Origin: Squalus acanthias
Lineage: Eukaryota
Assembly: GCA_030390025.1 (NCBI GenBank)
Contig: JASTWF010000350.1
Span: forward strand, 434,001 to 498,000
Direction: 5' to 3'
Length of the DNA: 64,000 nucleotides
Under the pieces are notes generated by a model. The model made no database searches. It worked only from the letters and a program-made list of their open reading frames with translations, and was not told the DNA's origin. How positions within the stretch are numbered: position 1 is the first letter of the stretch; every line of letters starts with the position of its first letter. This document shows positions 10,773 to 22,835 of the stretch, piece after piece. The translations under genes were made by a program, and so were the position numbers.

Positions 10773-13718
10773 ATAGAGTCATAGAGGTTTACAGCACAGA
10801 AAGAGGCCCTTCGGCCCATCGTGTCAGCGCCGGCCATCAAGCCCTGTCTATTCTAATCCCATTTTCCAGCACTTGGTCCGTAGCCTTGTATGCTATGGCG
10901 TTTCAAGTGCTCATCTAAATGCTTCTAGAATGTTGTGAGGGTTCCTGCCTCTACCATCCTTTCAGGCAGTGAGTTCCAGATTCCAACCACCCTCTGGGTG
11001 AAAAAGTTTTTCCTCAAATCCCCTCTAAACCTCCTGCCCCTTATCTTGAAACTGTGCCCCCTGGTTATTGACCCCTCCACCAAGGGGAAAAGTTCCTTTC
11101 TATCTACCCTATCTGTGCCCCTCATAATTTTGTACACCTCAAACAGGTCCCCCCTCAGCCTTCTCTGATCTAAGGAAAACAACCCCAGCCTGTCCAGTCT
11201 CTCTTCATAGCTGAAGCGCTCCAGCCCAGGTAACATCCTGGTGAATCTCCTCTGCACCCTCTCCAATGCAATCACATCCTTCCTATAGTGTGGCGACCAG
11301 AACTGCACACTGTATTCCAGCTGTGGCCTAACTAGCGTTTTGTACAGCTCCATCATAACCTCCCTGCTCTTATATTCTATGCCTCGGCTAATGAAGGCAA
11401 GTATCCCATATGCCTTTTTAACCACCTTATCTCCCTGTCCTGCTGCCTTCAGGGATCTATGTACATGCACACCAAGGTCCCTATGATCCTCTGTCCTTCC
11501 TAGGGTCCTACCATTCATTGTGTATTCCCTTGCCTTGTTAATCCTCCCAAAATGCATCACCTCACACTTTTCAGGGTTAAATTCATTTTGCCACTGTTCT
11601 GCCCATCTAACCAACCCGTCTATATCGCCCTGTAGCCTAAGGCTTCCCTCCTCGCTATTTACCACTCCACCAATTTTCGTGTCATCTGTGAACTTACTGA
11701 TCATACCTCCTACGTTCAAATCTAAATCATTAATGTACACTACAAACAGCAAAGGACCCCGCACCGATCCCTGCGGTACACCACTGGACACAGGCTTCCA
11801 GTCACAAAATCAACCTTTGACCATCACCCTCTGCCTCCTGCCACTAAGCCAATTTTGGATCCAATGTGCCAAATTGCCCTGGATCCCATGGGCTCTTACC
11901 TTCTTGACCAGTCTCCCATGTGGGACTTTGTCAAAAGCCTTACTGAAGTCCATGTAGACTACATCAACTGCACTACCCTCATCCACACACCTAGTCACCC
12001 CTCGAAAAATTCAATCAAATTGGTTAGACATGATCTCCCCCTGACAAAGCCATGCTGACTATCCTTGATTAATCCTTGCCTCTCCAAGTGGAGACTAATT
12101 CTGTCCCTCAGAATTTTTTAAATAATTTCCCTACCGCTGATGTTAGGCTTGCTGGCCTGTAATTCCCTGGTTTATCCCTACTACCCTTTTTGAATAATGG
12201 TACTACGTTAGCTGTTCTCCAGTCCTCTGGCACCTCCCCTGTGGCCAGAGAGGTTCTGAAAATTTGTGTCAGAGCCCCTGCAATCTCCTCCCTTGCCTCA
12301 CACAGCAGCCTGGGATACATCTCGTCTGGGCCTGGGGATTTATCCACTTTTAAGCCCGCTAAAACCGCTAGTACCTCCTCCCTCTCAATACTAATTTGTC
12401 CAAGTTTATCACAATCCCCCTGCCTGATTTCTATGCCTACATCGTCCTTCTCCATAGTGAACACAGATGCAAAATATCCATTTAAAACTTCACCTACATC
12501 TTCCGGCTCTACACACAGATTGCCACTTTGGTCCCTAATGGGCCCTACTCTTTCCCTGGTTATCCTCTTGCCCTTAATATACTTATAAAACACCTTGGGA
12601 TTTTCCTTTATTTTGCCTGCAAGTGTTTTTTCATGCCCCCTCTTCGCTCTCCTAATTTCTTTTTTAAGTACCCCCCTGCACTTTCTATACTCCTCTAGGG
12701 CTTCCACCGTTTTTAGTCCTTTGTATCTGCCAAAAGCCTCCCTTTTTTTCCTAATCCATTCTTGTATATCCCTTGACACCCAGGGTTGCCTGGGCTTGTT
12801 GGTCCCACCCTTGACCTTTACGGGAACATGTTGGCGTTGTACTCTCTCTATTTCCTTTCTGAAAGACTCCCACTGCTCTGATGTGGATTTTCCTACAAGT
12901 AGCTGATCCCAGTCCACTTTGGCCAGATCCTGCCTTATCATATTAAAATCAGCCTTCCCCCAATTTAGAACCTTTAGTTCCGGTCCATTTTGTCCTTTTC
13001 CATGACTACCTTAAATCTCACCAAATTATAGTCACTGTCGCCAAAATGCTCTCCTACTGACACTTCCACCACTTGCCCGGCTACATTCCTAGAATTAGGT
13101 CCAGTACCGCCCCCTCTCTTGTAGGACTTTCTACATGCTGGCTCAAAAAGCTCTCCTGGATGCACTTTAAGAATTCCGCACCCTCTAAGCCTTTCACACT
13201 CTGACTATCCCAGGTAATATTGGGGAAGTTAAAATCCCCTACTATTAGTACTCTATTATTTCTACACTCCTCTGAGATTTGCCTGCATATCTGTTCCTCT
13301 ATCTCCCCCTGACTGTTTGGGGGCCTTTCGTACACTCCCAGCAAAGTGCTTGCCCCCTTTTTGTTTTTAAGTTCTACCCATATGGCCTCATTAGAGGAAC
13401 CTGCTCAGATATCATCCCTCCTTACAGCAATAATTGACTCCTTGATTAATATTGCGACACTCCCTCCTCATTTACACCCCCCTCTGTCCCGCCTGAAGAT
13501 TCTATACCCCGGAATATTGAGCTGCCAGTCCTGCCCCTCCCTCAACCATGTCTCTGTGATAGCAACAATATCATACTCCCATGTGTACATCAACACCTTC
13601 AATTCATCTGCCTTACTCGCAAGACTCCTTGCATTAAAATAAATGCCATCCAGCCCTGCCATACTCCCTTGTGCCATTACATATTTGCTCTGCCTGCCAG
13701 GCTGACTTGTTTTTTCCT

Positions 13719-14732
13719 CTATATTTGGCTGTGCATCACCCCTACTATAGCTCCACTCCATATCCCATCCCCCTGCCAAGTTAGTTTAACCCCCCCCCCA
13801 ACAGTACTAGCAAACCTCCCCGCAAGGATGTTGGTCCCGTTCCGGTTCAGGTGCAACCCGTCCGACTTGTACAGGTCCCACCTTCCCCAGAAGCAGACCC
13901 AGTGATCCAGGACACTAAAGCCCTCCCTCCTGCACCAACTCTTTAGCCACGCATTCATCTGCTCTATCCTCCTATTCCTATACTCACTAGCACGTGGCAC
14001 CGGGAGTAATCCAGAGATTACAACCTTTGAGGTCCTGCTTTTTAACCTGCTACCTAGCTCCCTAAATTCTTGTTGCAGGACCTCATCCCTCTTTCTACCT
14101 GTGTCGTTGGTACCAATGTGAACCACGACCTCTGACTGTTTGCCCTCCCCCTTCAGAATGCCCCGCAGCTGTTCAATGACATCCTTGACCCTGGCACCAG
14201 GGAGGCAACATACCATCCTGGAGTCACGTCTGCAGCCACAGACACGTCTATCTGTTTCCCTTACGATAAAATCCCCTATCAATATTGCTCTCCCACTCTT
14301 TTTCCTCCCCTCCTGTGCAGCTGAGCCACTCGTAGCACCACGGACTTGGCTCTTGCTGCATTCCCCTGAGAAACCAAATCCCCCATCAGTATCCAAAATG
14401 GAAAATCTGTTGGAGAGGGAGATGGACCCAGGGGACTCCTGCACTACCTTCCTAGTTCTTTTACTCTGTCTGGCGGTCACCCATTCCCTGTCTGCCTGTG
14501 CACTCTTTACCTGCGGTGTGACCACCTCGTTAAGTGTGCTATCCACGAAGATCTCAGCTTCGCGGATGCTCCACAGTGACTCCAGCCGCAGCTCCAGCTC
14601 CAAAACGCGGATTTCGACTAGCTGCAGCTGGAGACACTTCCTGCACATGTGTTCGCCCTGGACACCGAAAGTGTCCCTGACTTCCCACATAGCACAGGAA
14701 GAGCACTCCATGGTGCCGAGCTGCCCTGCCAT
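13719..14732 (-). CDS. CR1 ORF1 protein (zinc finger plus SGNH/GDSL-like esterase), open 337-aa frame
   Basis: ORF track MAGQLGTMECSSCAMWE..VVHIGTNDT..DLYKSDGLHLN. Confidence 0.8.
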   Translation of the reverse strand: MAGQLGTMECSSCAMWEVRDTFGVQGEHMCRKCLQLQLVEIRVLELELRLESLWSIREAEIFVDSTLNEVVTPQVKSAQADREWVTARQSKRTRKVVQESPGSISLSNRFSILDTDGGFGFSGECSKSQVRGATSGSAAQEGRKKSGRAILIGDFIVRETDRRVCGCRRDSRMVCCLPGARVKDVIEQLRGILKGEGKQSEVVVHIGTNDTGRKRDEVLQQEFRELGSRLKSRTSKVVISGLLPVPRASEYRNRRIEQMNAWLKSWCRREGFSVLDHWVCFWGRWDLYKSDGLHLNRNGTNILAGRFASTVGGGVKLTWQGDGIWSGAIVGVMHSQI

Positions 14733-14890
14733 GTCCTACCCTTAAGTTACTCCCTTTACTTCCTTCAAATTAAAGAATATTAAATACACTAGAGACCTTA
14801 CTTTTACTTTAATGACTGGACTGTAGAAATACTCACCAGGTCCTGGAAGCTGACAAAGATAGAAAAAGAAAGGAACACCTCCCTCCCTGA

Positions 14891-14948
14891 ACTCACTCAC
14901 TCACTCACTCACTCACTCACTCACTCACTCACTCACTCACTCACTCAC
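14891..14948. repeat. (ACTC)n microsatellite in the CR1 5' UTR
   Basis: Direct observation. Confidence 0.95.
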
Positions 14949-15742
14949 AGCTTAACACTCTGTTCCGAGCTGCACTCCATGACAAACTGCACCCTAGCCT
15001 CCCTTATTTATACTGCTGAGATTTAAATAAATGAACTCTCTGGCAGTTACAGAACCAGATTAGACCAGTTAATTAATTAATTACTCTCACCTGCTCTCCA
15101 GCACAGAGCTTGCTTAGCCCTGCCCAAGCCTGGAAGAAACTTAAAACTTGAAACAGTAAGTTAAATGCTAATTTCAAGCACACAAGACTAGATTTTATTA
15201 AAAAAAGAGATTAACCTTTAAGATTCACTCCCTCACTCACCAAACTCGCACCTTAACAAGCTGCACACCGGAGGAACAAGGTGCAGAGCTCAGATCCTCT
15301 TCGGACAATTCCGAGGAGGAGGAGGAAGATGACGAGAAGGAAGGTGATGAGGACAATGCACCCCCAGCTTCTCACATTGCTGCCAGGAATGCCCTTATTA
15401 ATGCAAGGTTCACTTAGGTTGCACCAGTGGACCCATGTTACAAGCGCATGCAACGACTACTCTTCCCGTGCCCCCGCTTCACCACCCCCCCTTCAATGCC
15501 ACTGACACGAAGCAGTCTTGCAAACAACCAATCACCCCTTGCACATCCCCCCCATTGGTCCCCATCAATTCACGTCTTCCCATTCATCATCAAGCAAGTT
15601 AAAAGGTGACTTGCCACCCAGCAACTAAGAATGGGCGAGACGGCAAAGTGGTGCAAAAGAATAAAATTTATGTGATTGAAATAAAGAACAGAAACGTCAC
15701 AGCATAGCATTTTCTCACACCCATGTGCATACCCTTGTGCAA

Positions 15743-17594
15743 CTACAAAGCTTTACTCTTCCTTTTCCTACCATTTTTATGTGGTGCAACCCCTGTGGCT
15801 TCAGCAGAGATCGAGGCAGTTTGCTCCGATCCCTTCTCTGACTGTTGAGACATCCTCTGGGCTTTGGAGCCCTGAGGGCCCCACCAAAAACAGCTCCACC
15901 TGCACCTGTGCAGAGGCAGACTCGGCCATTGGGAGACAAGCCAGCATATTGGGTACTGACTGAGGGGGGGCACTGGGTGAGAAGTGGAAGCAGTGCGAGT
16001 GGAGTCCCTACTTCCACGTCCCCTTTCACCATCATCCCTCTCATGGGCCAGCCACATTTCACTGCTACCACTTTGCTGGAGAGCACTTTGGTGCAGATCA
16101 GTGGGGCGCTGTAAGGTCAGGGCTAAGGTATCTGTTAATCTATTTAAGGTGGCAGACATGTTGTCATCCAGAGTCTGCATGGCCGTGGTCAAGGCGTGTA
16201 TGGACTCATTTGATTGCACCGTTTGATGTTCCACGGAGCTGACCACACTATCCATGGAAGAAGACATCATCGCAATGCCCTGCGACATCAACCCACTCAT
16301 GCTTGAGGTGGACTCCTCCATTCTCTCTGCGGTCATCAGTGTGTTGCTCACCGGCATTTACATGGAAGAAACCGCACATGCACGAAAATTTGAATGGGCC
16401 GCGCACAAAAAAAATTATAGAGACCATTGCAGGTCAGTGCATTCTCTGCTGCTGCTCAATGATTCTCCTTTTAATCGACAGCATCTGTGTCCAGCTGAGC
16501 AGAGCTTGGAGCGGGCTGCGCCCTCCGACGCGGACTCTCCACTGCTGCCCCTGCCACCATTGTCTGCTCGTGCTCACTTGTGAAGTGTGAGTCACCAGGT
16601 GAAAACCCAACTATCTGTCTAATTGGTCCCACTGAAGTGCGAGTACCGGAACTGGTGTACGGCATGCATGAGTCCTGTGACGGTGCACCCTCAGAACAAA
16701 TCAACTCCTCTGAGGATGCATCGTCCGTGAGGTCCAGAAACTGCTACTGCATGGAGAGAAAGGATATGAATTAATACTGGCAAGGTAAGAATATTGCAAC
16801 TCATCATTATGGAGTTGATCATATTTCACTTGCTGTTGAAATCAAGTCAACGTGACTGAGTGTTGTATGACATGTGGGTCGCTGATATTTAATTGTGTTG
16901 CGAGGTAGCTGGGAGCTTCCCGTCTCCCCATCTCCGACGGTCAGGGACGCCAAAACTCCATTGATCCCCAGTGCCTCCTCCTCTGCAGTTGTGAGCTGCG
17001 AAATCTGTGGAGGTCCATCTCTGGTTCTCCCCCTCGCCCTGGTGTTCTATACTCTGTTCGCCTGCAATGGGGATAGAGCAGACCTATGAGTGAGTGTAAT
17101 GGCCTGTGTTCACCCAATGGATGCAGTGCATTTGGTGAGGGTGACTATCAGGGAGAGGCATGAAATTACATAAGGTTGAGGGTGAGTGGCTGTGGTGGAT
17201 GCGGATTTGAGGAAGTGCATAGAAAGAGAACGATGGGTGGGTGTACAAGGTAAGTGGGTGGAGGAGTGATGTGCTGGAGTAGGCTTGACAAGGCAGAGTG
17301 AGGGATTGGGGTGATGCGCACAGCCAGATGTAGGTGAATGTGTAACTGTACTCACCTTTCCTGACCTGGTTAGGTCATTAAGGCGCTTCCTGCACAGAAT
17401 CCAGGAGCGTGACACCATGCTCCTGCTGCTGACCTCCTGGGCCACCTCCAGCCACGCCTTCTTTGTAGCAGCAGCAGGTTTGTTCCTCCCATTGCTGGGG
17501 AAGAGTATCTCTCTCCAACTCCTCACTGACCCCAGCAGCACATCAGGCGAGGCGTCATTGACTCACGGTGCAGCCTTTGCCCGTCTGGAATCTA
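15743..17594 (-). pseudogene. Harbinger Myb/SANT-like DNA-binding protein gene, spliced and degenerate
   Basis: Exon 1 encodes AKAAP*VNDASPDVLLGSVRSWREILFPSNG..KKAWLEVAQEVSSRS..RSWILCRKRLNDLTRSGK with donor AAG|gtgag at 17356; later exons near 16905-17063 and 15743-16744 end in the basic tail GRKRKSKAL*; TATA-like tatttaaaggg at 17658-17668. Confidence 0.75.
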
Positions 17595-17924
17595 CTCTCT
17601 CAGTTCCTCTTCTCTTCTTCCCAACTCCAACTCTTCCAAATTACATCTTTGGATTGGCCCTTTAAATACTGGAGTTGAGATCACGTCATGCAGGCCTGCA
17701 TCACGCCCGCTGCTGCCCATTGGCTGCCAAACCCAGAAGTAAAATGATAATGATCTGGATACGTTAAAAAGCCACTGACAGATGCGCTGAACTTACTTCC
17801 GGGTTTCGTATGCAATTTCATACCCCCCAATGCTTCTCCGAGTTAATAGCGGCAGCTGTTTCTGTATATCAGTGGTATCCATGTGTTGTCCCCTTGGCAA
17901 TATAATTCTGACTTCCCTCTTGTT

Positions 17925-18445
17925 GTGGGAGGCACATCCTGGTTCTGGGAGGCACATCCTGGTTCTGGGAGGCACATCCTGGCTCTGGGAGGCACACCCT
18001 GGCTCTGGGAGGCGTACCCTGGGCTCTGGCAGCACACCCTGGCTCTGGGAGGCGTACCCTGGGCTCTGGCAGCACACCCTGGGCTCTGGGAGGCAGGCCC
18101 TGGGCTCCAGGAGGTGGGCTCTGGGAGGTGGGCCCTGGGCTCTGGCAGCACACCCTGGGCTCTGGGAGGCGGGCCCTGGGCGGCGGGCCCTGGGCTCTGG
18201 GAGGCGTACCCTGGGCTCTGGCAGCACACCCTGGGCTCTGGGAGGCAGGCCCTGGGCTCCAGGAGGTGGGCTCTGGGAGGTGGGCCCTGGGCTCTGGCAG
18301 CACACCCTGGGCTCTGGGAGGCGGGCCCTGGGCGGCGGGCCCTGGGCTCTGGGAGGCGGGCTCTGGGTTCTGGGAGGCGGGCCCTGGGTTCTGGGAGGCG
18401 GGCCCTGGGTGGCAGGCCCTGGGAGGCGCACCCTGGGCTCTGGGT
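17925..18445. repeat. GC-rich degenerate minisatellite (ccctgggctctgggagg core)
   Basis: Direct observation; it generates repetitive ORFs on both strands. Confidence 0.9.
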
Positions 18446-18692
18446 TTCACCATGCCCACTGACACATTATAATCTCTGCAAAGAGAATTTCTTTGCCAAC
18501 CACTCTTGCCCCCGTGCGCCCTCCCACCCTCCCAAGGTGACGTGTCCCCATTGCATCCAATGGACAACGGCACCCCTCACCCACACAGCATGTTGAGATA
18601 ACACTGGGGGTTGGAATCCAAACCGCTTCAGAAAGGGAGTTAATCAGACTCATTCTCAAACTACGGCACCGTGACACAGTGAAGGCTTTTCA

Positions 18693-18698
18693 TTTATT
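18693..18698 (-). promoter_or_regulatory. Candidate polyadenylation signal (AATAAA) of the Cav2 gene; alternatives at 18902-18907 and 19818-19823
   Basis: tttatt on + about 1.45 kb downstream of the stop, followed on - by a GU-rich ctgtgtc. Confidence 0.45.
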
Positions 18699-19269
18699 TG
18701 GACATAAAAGGTATAGCTCCAGGACAAAGCAAAGGATTTTTAGCATTCTGATTGTCAAGACCTCACAATACACTTCATTAAGGGCAATCGCAGCATCAAA
18801 TATACAATATTGGAACACTAGACTCGGGCTGAGTTTCAAACAAATCCACTGGGGCGCAGCCCAGTGACTGTTATGGTCATCTTGCAATAAAAATCAAGCC
18901 TTTTATTTAAACATGTTTCATATACTGAGAAAAAAACAAAGACACTTCTTAAAACCTCAATCACATGCCAGTAAGTTAGTCACTGAACTCACTAGATTGA
19001 CGAACTTTCCAAACTGCATGCAACATACTAGAAGCACACACTAGCCAATCTTTCAAGCAGGGGGGTGTGGGGGGTGGGAGTGGAGGTTTGGTGGGAAAAG
19101 TCAGGAAGATGAAGATTAATTATTTACAAATAAAATGTTGGCTTTTTTTTCTGTTTAAAGCATTTCAGATATGGCATCATTAAAGTGTTTGTGATTCTGT
19201 GCGACTTGATGCCTCTCAGGAGCGCTGCATTCTGTCGAACATGCTGCACAACCAACCCCAAGGAACCAT

Positions 19270-19430
19270 CTGGTCCCATTGTAGTCACAGCACATGGCTG
19301 GCAAAGGCTGTCTGGTCTCACTGTAGTCACAGCACATGGCTGGCAAAGACTGTCTGGTCTCACTGTAGTCACAGCACATGGCTGGCTAAGATTGTCTGGT
19401 CTCACTGTAGTCATGGACGGCACATGGTTG
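19270..19430. repeat. Short tandem repeat (about 41 bp, 3-4 copies) in the putative 3' UTR
   Basis: tctggtctcactgtagtcacagcacatggctggc.. repeated. Confidence 0.9.
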
Positions 19431-20152
19431 GCTCTGCCGACACAGCTGCAGTTTTTGTGTAATCCATAACAATATTTGTACAACTGCAGGTTTTTTTTTG
19501 GCTTGGATTTTCAAAGGGAAATAAACACTTTCAAACACACAAAGATAACGGGCGATCAAAACAGTGGGGAGGAGACGCAAAGTATTGCTGTCCTCCCAAT
19601 GACAGGGGGTCGGATGGGCTCCCCTCGGGTTTGCAAGCAACTCACAGTCAAGCACGGATGCACAACTGGAGGGACCAGGAGTGAGGGAGCAACAGGCTTA
19701 GCTCCCTCTCCACCGTCCCCCCAGTCCACCACATCAATCACGATTGGCAAGCGTACATGTGGGAGGACTCCCGGGAGATTCATCTAAAGCTGTTTTCAGA
19801 AATAGCTCAGGGTCTGATTTATTGTTCCTTTCATTGAATCTCCCGATGTGACACCTTTGTCCAAATGTAGTTGGGTAATGTCAACTTGAACCTTGGCACA
19901 TCCATGCATGGCCTAATTGGCGGGGCAGCGGGGTGCGGGGTGGGGCAAAATCACCATCATTCACAATGGCAAACTGCCCACCCAACGAAAATATCTGGTC
20001 TCTTGAGCAGTACGTATCCAGCAAGATTTTCACAGATTTATAGCCTTTTGATTTTTTTTTGGTAGTGGTTTTCTTTCTGGCATTTAACGTGACGATTTGA
20101 TTTCCTCTTCTGTTCTACTGCTCCTCCCCACCCGCTCGCCTTCTTGCCAGGT

Positions 20153-20692
20153 TTAGCATCTGTCATCCTCGTCGGTGTCGGTGAATGGGTCGGGGACAGC
20201 TGTCGCTCCACACCGTACCACCCGCGTGCGGTAACTCCCGTTGGGCAGTTGCCAGGAGTGCCTGAGGGGCGGAGCGGAGGAGATGGTGTGGGATCTCCCG
20301 AGACTCGTGGCCACCGCGGCTTCGAAAGTGAGTGTTTCCTCGCCCAGGGCCTGGTCCAGGCTGCCAACGTCATCGTGCAGGGTGAGGGACGGCTCCGATA
20401 TGTAACGCAGAGGCGTCGAGTGCTGGCTGTCGCTCTTCTTGCTCAAACCAGGAGACTCTGTCCACAGTGTCTTGCTTGGCTGGACTCTCAGGGACTGATA
20501 ACGGGCCTCCCTACTCCTCGGGGTGACTTGGCCTGAGGGAGGCGACAAGGTATCGGGACGCTGTGCTATGGGAGAATACGAAATGTGTGGCCGGGGCTTG
20601 GAGGGGGTCTGCGGGAGTTGTCGTCGTCCATGTTTGGGTGTACTGGCCCCAGACGTAGAAGGGACTGGGCTTTCACTCACAGAACTGTTGCC
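20153..20692 (-). CDS. CACNA1E: Cav2.3-like alpha-1 subunit, last coding exon ([39 protein letters not shown])
   Basis: Acceptor ttgcag|GGC, 540 nt to [38 protein letters not shown] and DD(K/R)C closely match the Cav2.3 C-terminus. Confidence 0.92.
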   Translation of the reverse strand, partial: GNSSVSESPVPSTSGASTPKHGRRQLPQTPSKPRPHISYSPIAQRPDTLSPPSGQVTPRSREARYQSLRVQPSKTLWTESPGLSKKSDSQHSTPLRYISEPSLTLHDDVGSLDQALGEETLTFEAAVATSLGRSHTISSAPPLRHSWQLPNGSYRTRVVRCGATAVPDPFTDTDEDDRC

Positions 20693-20839
20693 CTGCAAAT
20701 ACAGAAAAAAGAACATTAAAAAAAAAAAACTGCTTCCCTCACCACACGATGGAAATCTGAGGGGTCACTGAACCTCAGTGGTCTGGAGGGATTCAGTAAT
20801 CACAGTGAATCCCAGCTCCCCAGACATCACCAGACAATA

Positions 20840-21256
20840 GTTGGTAGCACTCTCGATCTGAGTCAGAAGGTTGCAGGTTCTAGTCCCACTCCAGAGACTT
20901 CAGCACATAATCCAGTACTGAGGGAGCGTTGCACTGTCGGAGGTGCCGTCTTTCGGATGAGACGTTGAACCGAGGCCCTGCCTGCCCTCTAAGGTGGACG
21001 TTAAAGATCCCATGGGACTATTTGAAGAAGAGCAGGGGAGTTCTGGCCAATATTGATCCCTCAACCAACATCACTGAAACAGATTATCTTGCCATAAACA
21101 CATTGCTGTTTGTGGGATCTTGCTGTGCAGCAAATTGTCTGCCGCGTTTCCCACATTACAACAGTGACTACACTTCAAAAGTACTTCATTGGTTGCAAAA
21201 CGCTTTGGGACATCCTGAGGATGTGAAAGGTGACATACAAATGCAAGACTTTTCTT
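20840..21256 (+). mobile_element. Deu-domain SINE (SacSINE/AmnSINE-like)
   Basis: tRNA-like head, then aaagatcccatg..gaagagcagggg..ctggccaatatt..attgctgtttgtgggatcttgctgtg; five copies in the window. Confidence 0.8.
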
Positions 21257-21639
21257 AGAGTGAACGGTTTGTGTTTGTGTAATCCTCCAACCCTCCCTAT
21301 TGTCACCCCCAGCCCCACATTACTTTATTCTGGACCAGCCGAGGACTCCCTCATCTGATCACTGCGAGTAACGAGGAGCCATCCTTCCTGTCCCGGGGAG
21401 AAGTTGGGAGTCGTCCACACGTAGAGGTGAATTAACCTGGGTAGGCACCACTGCCGCGTCTCAGACACTGGGGCAGAAATTCCTTGGCACCCCAAACCCA
21501 CTGAAGTTCCGGCGGCAGACAGTGAACGGAGAGGCCCGAGAACCCAGTTACATCGTCCCATGGGCACCAACAGACAGCACGATGCAGCTTCCCTGTCAGA
21601 GCCTTACCAATTTAGGCCCGCACTGAGGATCGGGGTGGG

Positions 21640-22085
21640 AGAGACAATCCAAGGGTGGGTAGGCAATCCGAGGGGGGGTAGACAATCCGAGGGGGGGTAG
21701 ACAATCCGAGGGGGAGGGTAGGCAATCCGAGGGGGAGGGGTAGACAATCCGAGGGGGGTTAGACAATCCGAGGGGGAGGGTAGGCAATCAGAGGGGGGTT
21801 AGACAATCTGAGGGGGAGGGGTAGACAATCCTGGGGGAAGGGTAGACAATCCGGAGGGTGGGGGTAGACAATCCCGGGGGAAGGGTAGACAATCCGGAGG
21901 GTGGGGTAGACAATCCGAGGGGGAGGGTAGGCAATCCGAGGGGGAGGGGTAGACAATCCGAGGGGGGTTAGACAATCCGAGGGGGAGGGGTAGACAATCC
22001 GAGGGGGGTTAGACAATCTGAGGGGGAGGGGTAGACAATCCCGGGGGAGAGGTAGACAATCCGGAGGGTGGGGTAGACAACCTGA
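21640..22085. repeat. Minisatellite (tagacaatccgaggggg..., about 19-21 bp)
   Basis: Direct observation. Confidence 0.92.
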
Positions 22086-22835
22086 TTGGGGGGTGTGGGG
22101 TAGCGTGGGCTGGTAGCTCTCCTGCTCCTTCTGACTCCACAAAATACCAAAGATTTTTCAAGTATTTGGGCTTTTTACGAGCAGCCTGCAACGTTCTCTT
22201 TATGAACCCCTGTTCAGGCTGCTCACAAACCGGAAATGCCAATCGGAACTTGCCCCTCACAAACCATAACCAGGGCAAACGGAGTTAGGAGCCTGGGCCT
22301 GAAATGAACGCAGGAGACAATTTCCCTCTAAAAAAAAAGGGTGGGTTTGGAGCGTGGGGGCAGTTCAATTGTGAAAAATGGGATTCCTGACCTGATCCCG
22401 CCTCCAACACCCCCACTTCTGGTTTTGACGAAGGCGGGACTAGGGCGGGCCGGGGGGAAAGCAACCAACCCGCTCCCAGGGAGCGTTACCTCAATTTAAA
22501 TATTGTAACGAGGCTGCCAGCCTCTTTTCTAACCTACATTTTGAATTTAAATGCCTGTGGACGGGTTGTGAAACCCGGCAGTTAAATCGAGGTGGAGACT
22601 GCTGCATCCAGAGGTAAGTGGCTTTATACCTACCTCCTAGATCCAGGGTCCCTGCCTAACCCACCCCTTCTGACCCTCCGGTGGTTAGCCATGATCCTCT
22701 CTCCTCCCTGCTGATACTCTGGCTGACCCTCCACTGTCGAACCCCCACGATACCCGACACCCCCTCCCGATCCCTGACCTAATCCATGCCAATCTCCAAC
22801 CCCGCTGCCGATCCCCGATCACTCCGATTCCCGGC

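Larger units (their letters stand above)
9875..15269 (-). mobile_element. Apparently full-length CR1 LINE (ORF1 13719-14732; disrupted APE-RT ORF2 about 10790-13780), putative TSD GGAG
   Basis: ORF1 has CSSC..CRKC zinc finger, coiled coil and SGNH esterase motifs (GDF/HIGTND/DGLH); ORF2 has ITETWL, GDFNFP, QGSVRGP, KFTDD; (catagagt)n tail; GGAG at 9871-9874 and 15270-15273. Confidence 0.93.
8561..15417 (+). pseudogene. Harbinger (HARBI1-like) transposase pseudogene, split into 8561-9874 and 15271-15417
   Basis: GFPQVQSIIDCT, RFPGSCHDAFIL, EDKGYP, IEQAIGMLK, CCALHN motifs; the acidic tail EEQGAELRSSSDNSEEEEEDD..ARNALINARFT* resumes after the CR1; contains stops and frameshifts. Confidence 0.85.
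8135..17853. mobile_element. PIF/Harbinger DNA transposon (transposase plus Myb/SANT gene, convergent), interrupted by a CR1 and a MITE
   Basis: HARBI1-like DDE transposase on +, intron-containing Myb/SANT gene on -, subterminal inverted match aaacccggaa (8177-8186) / ttccgggttt (17797-17806). Ends are approximate. Confidence 0.8.

Noticed and set aside
17793..18596. Overlapping 114-237 aa ORFs
   Set aside because: GC-rich degenerate minisatellite.
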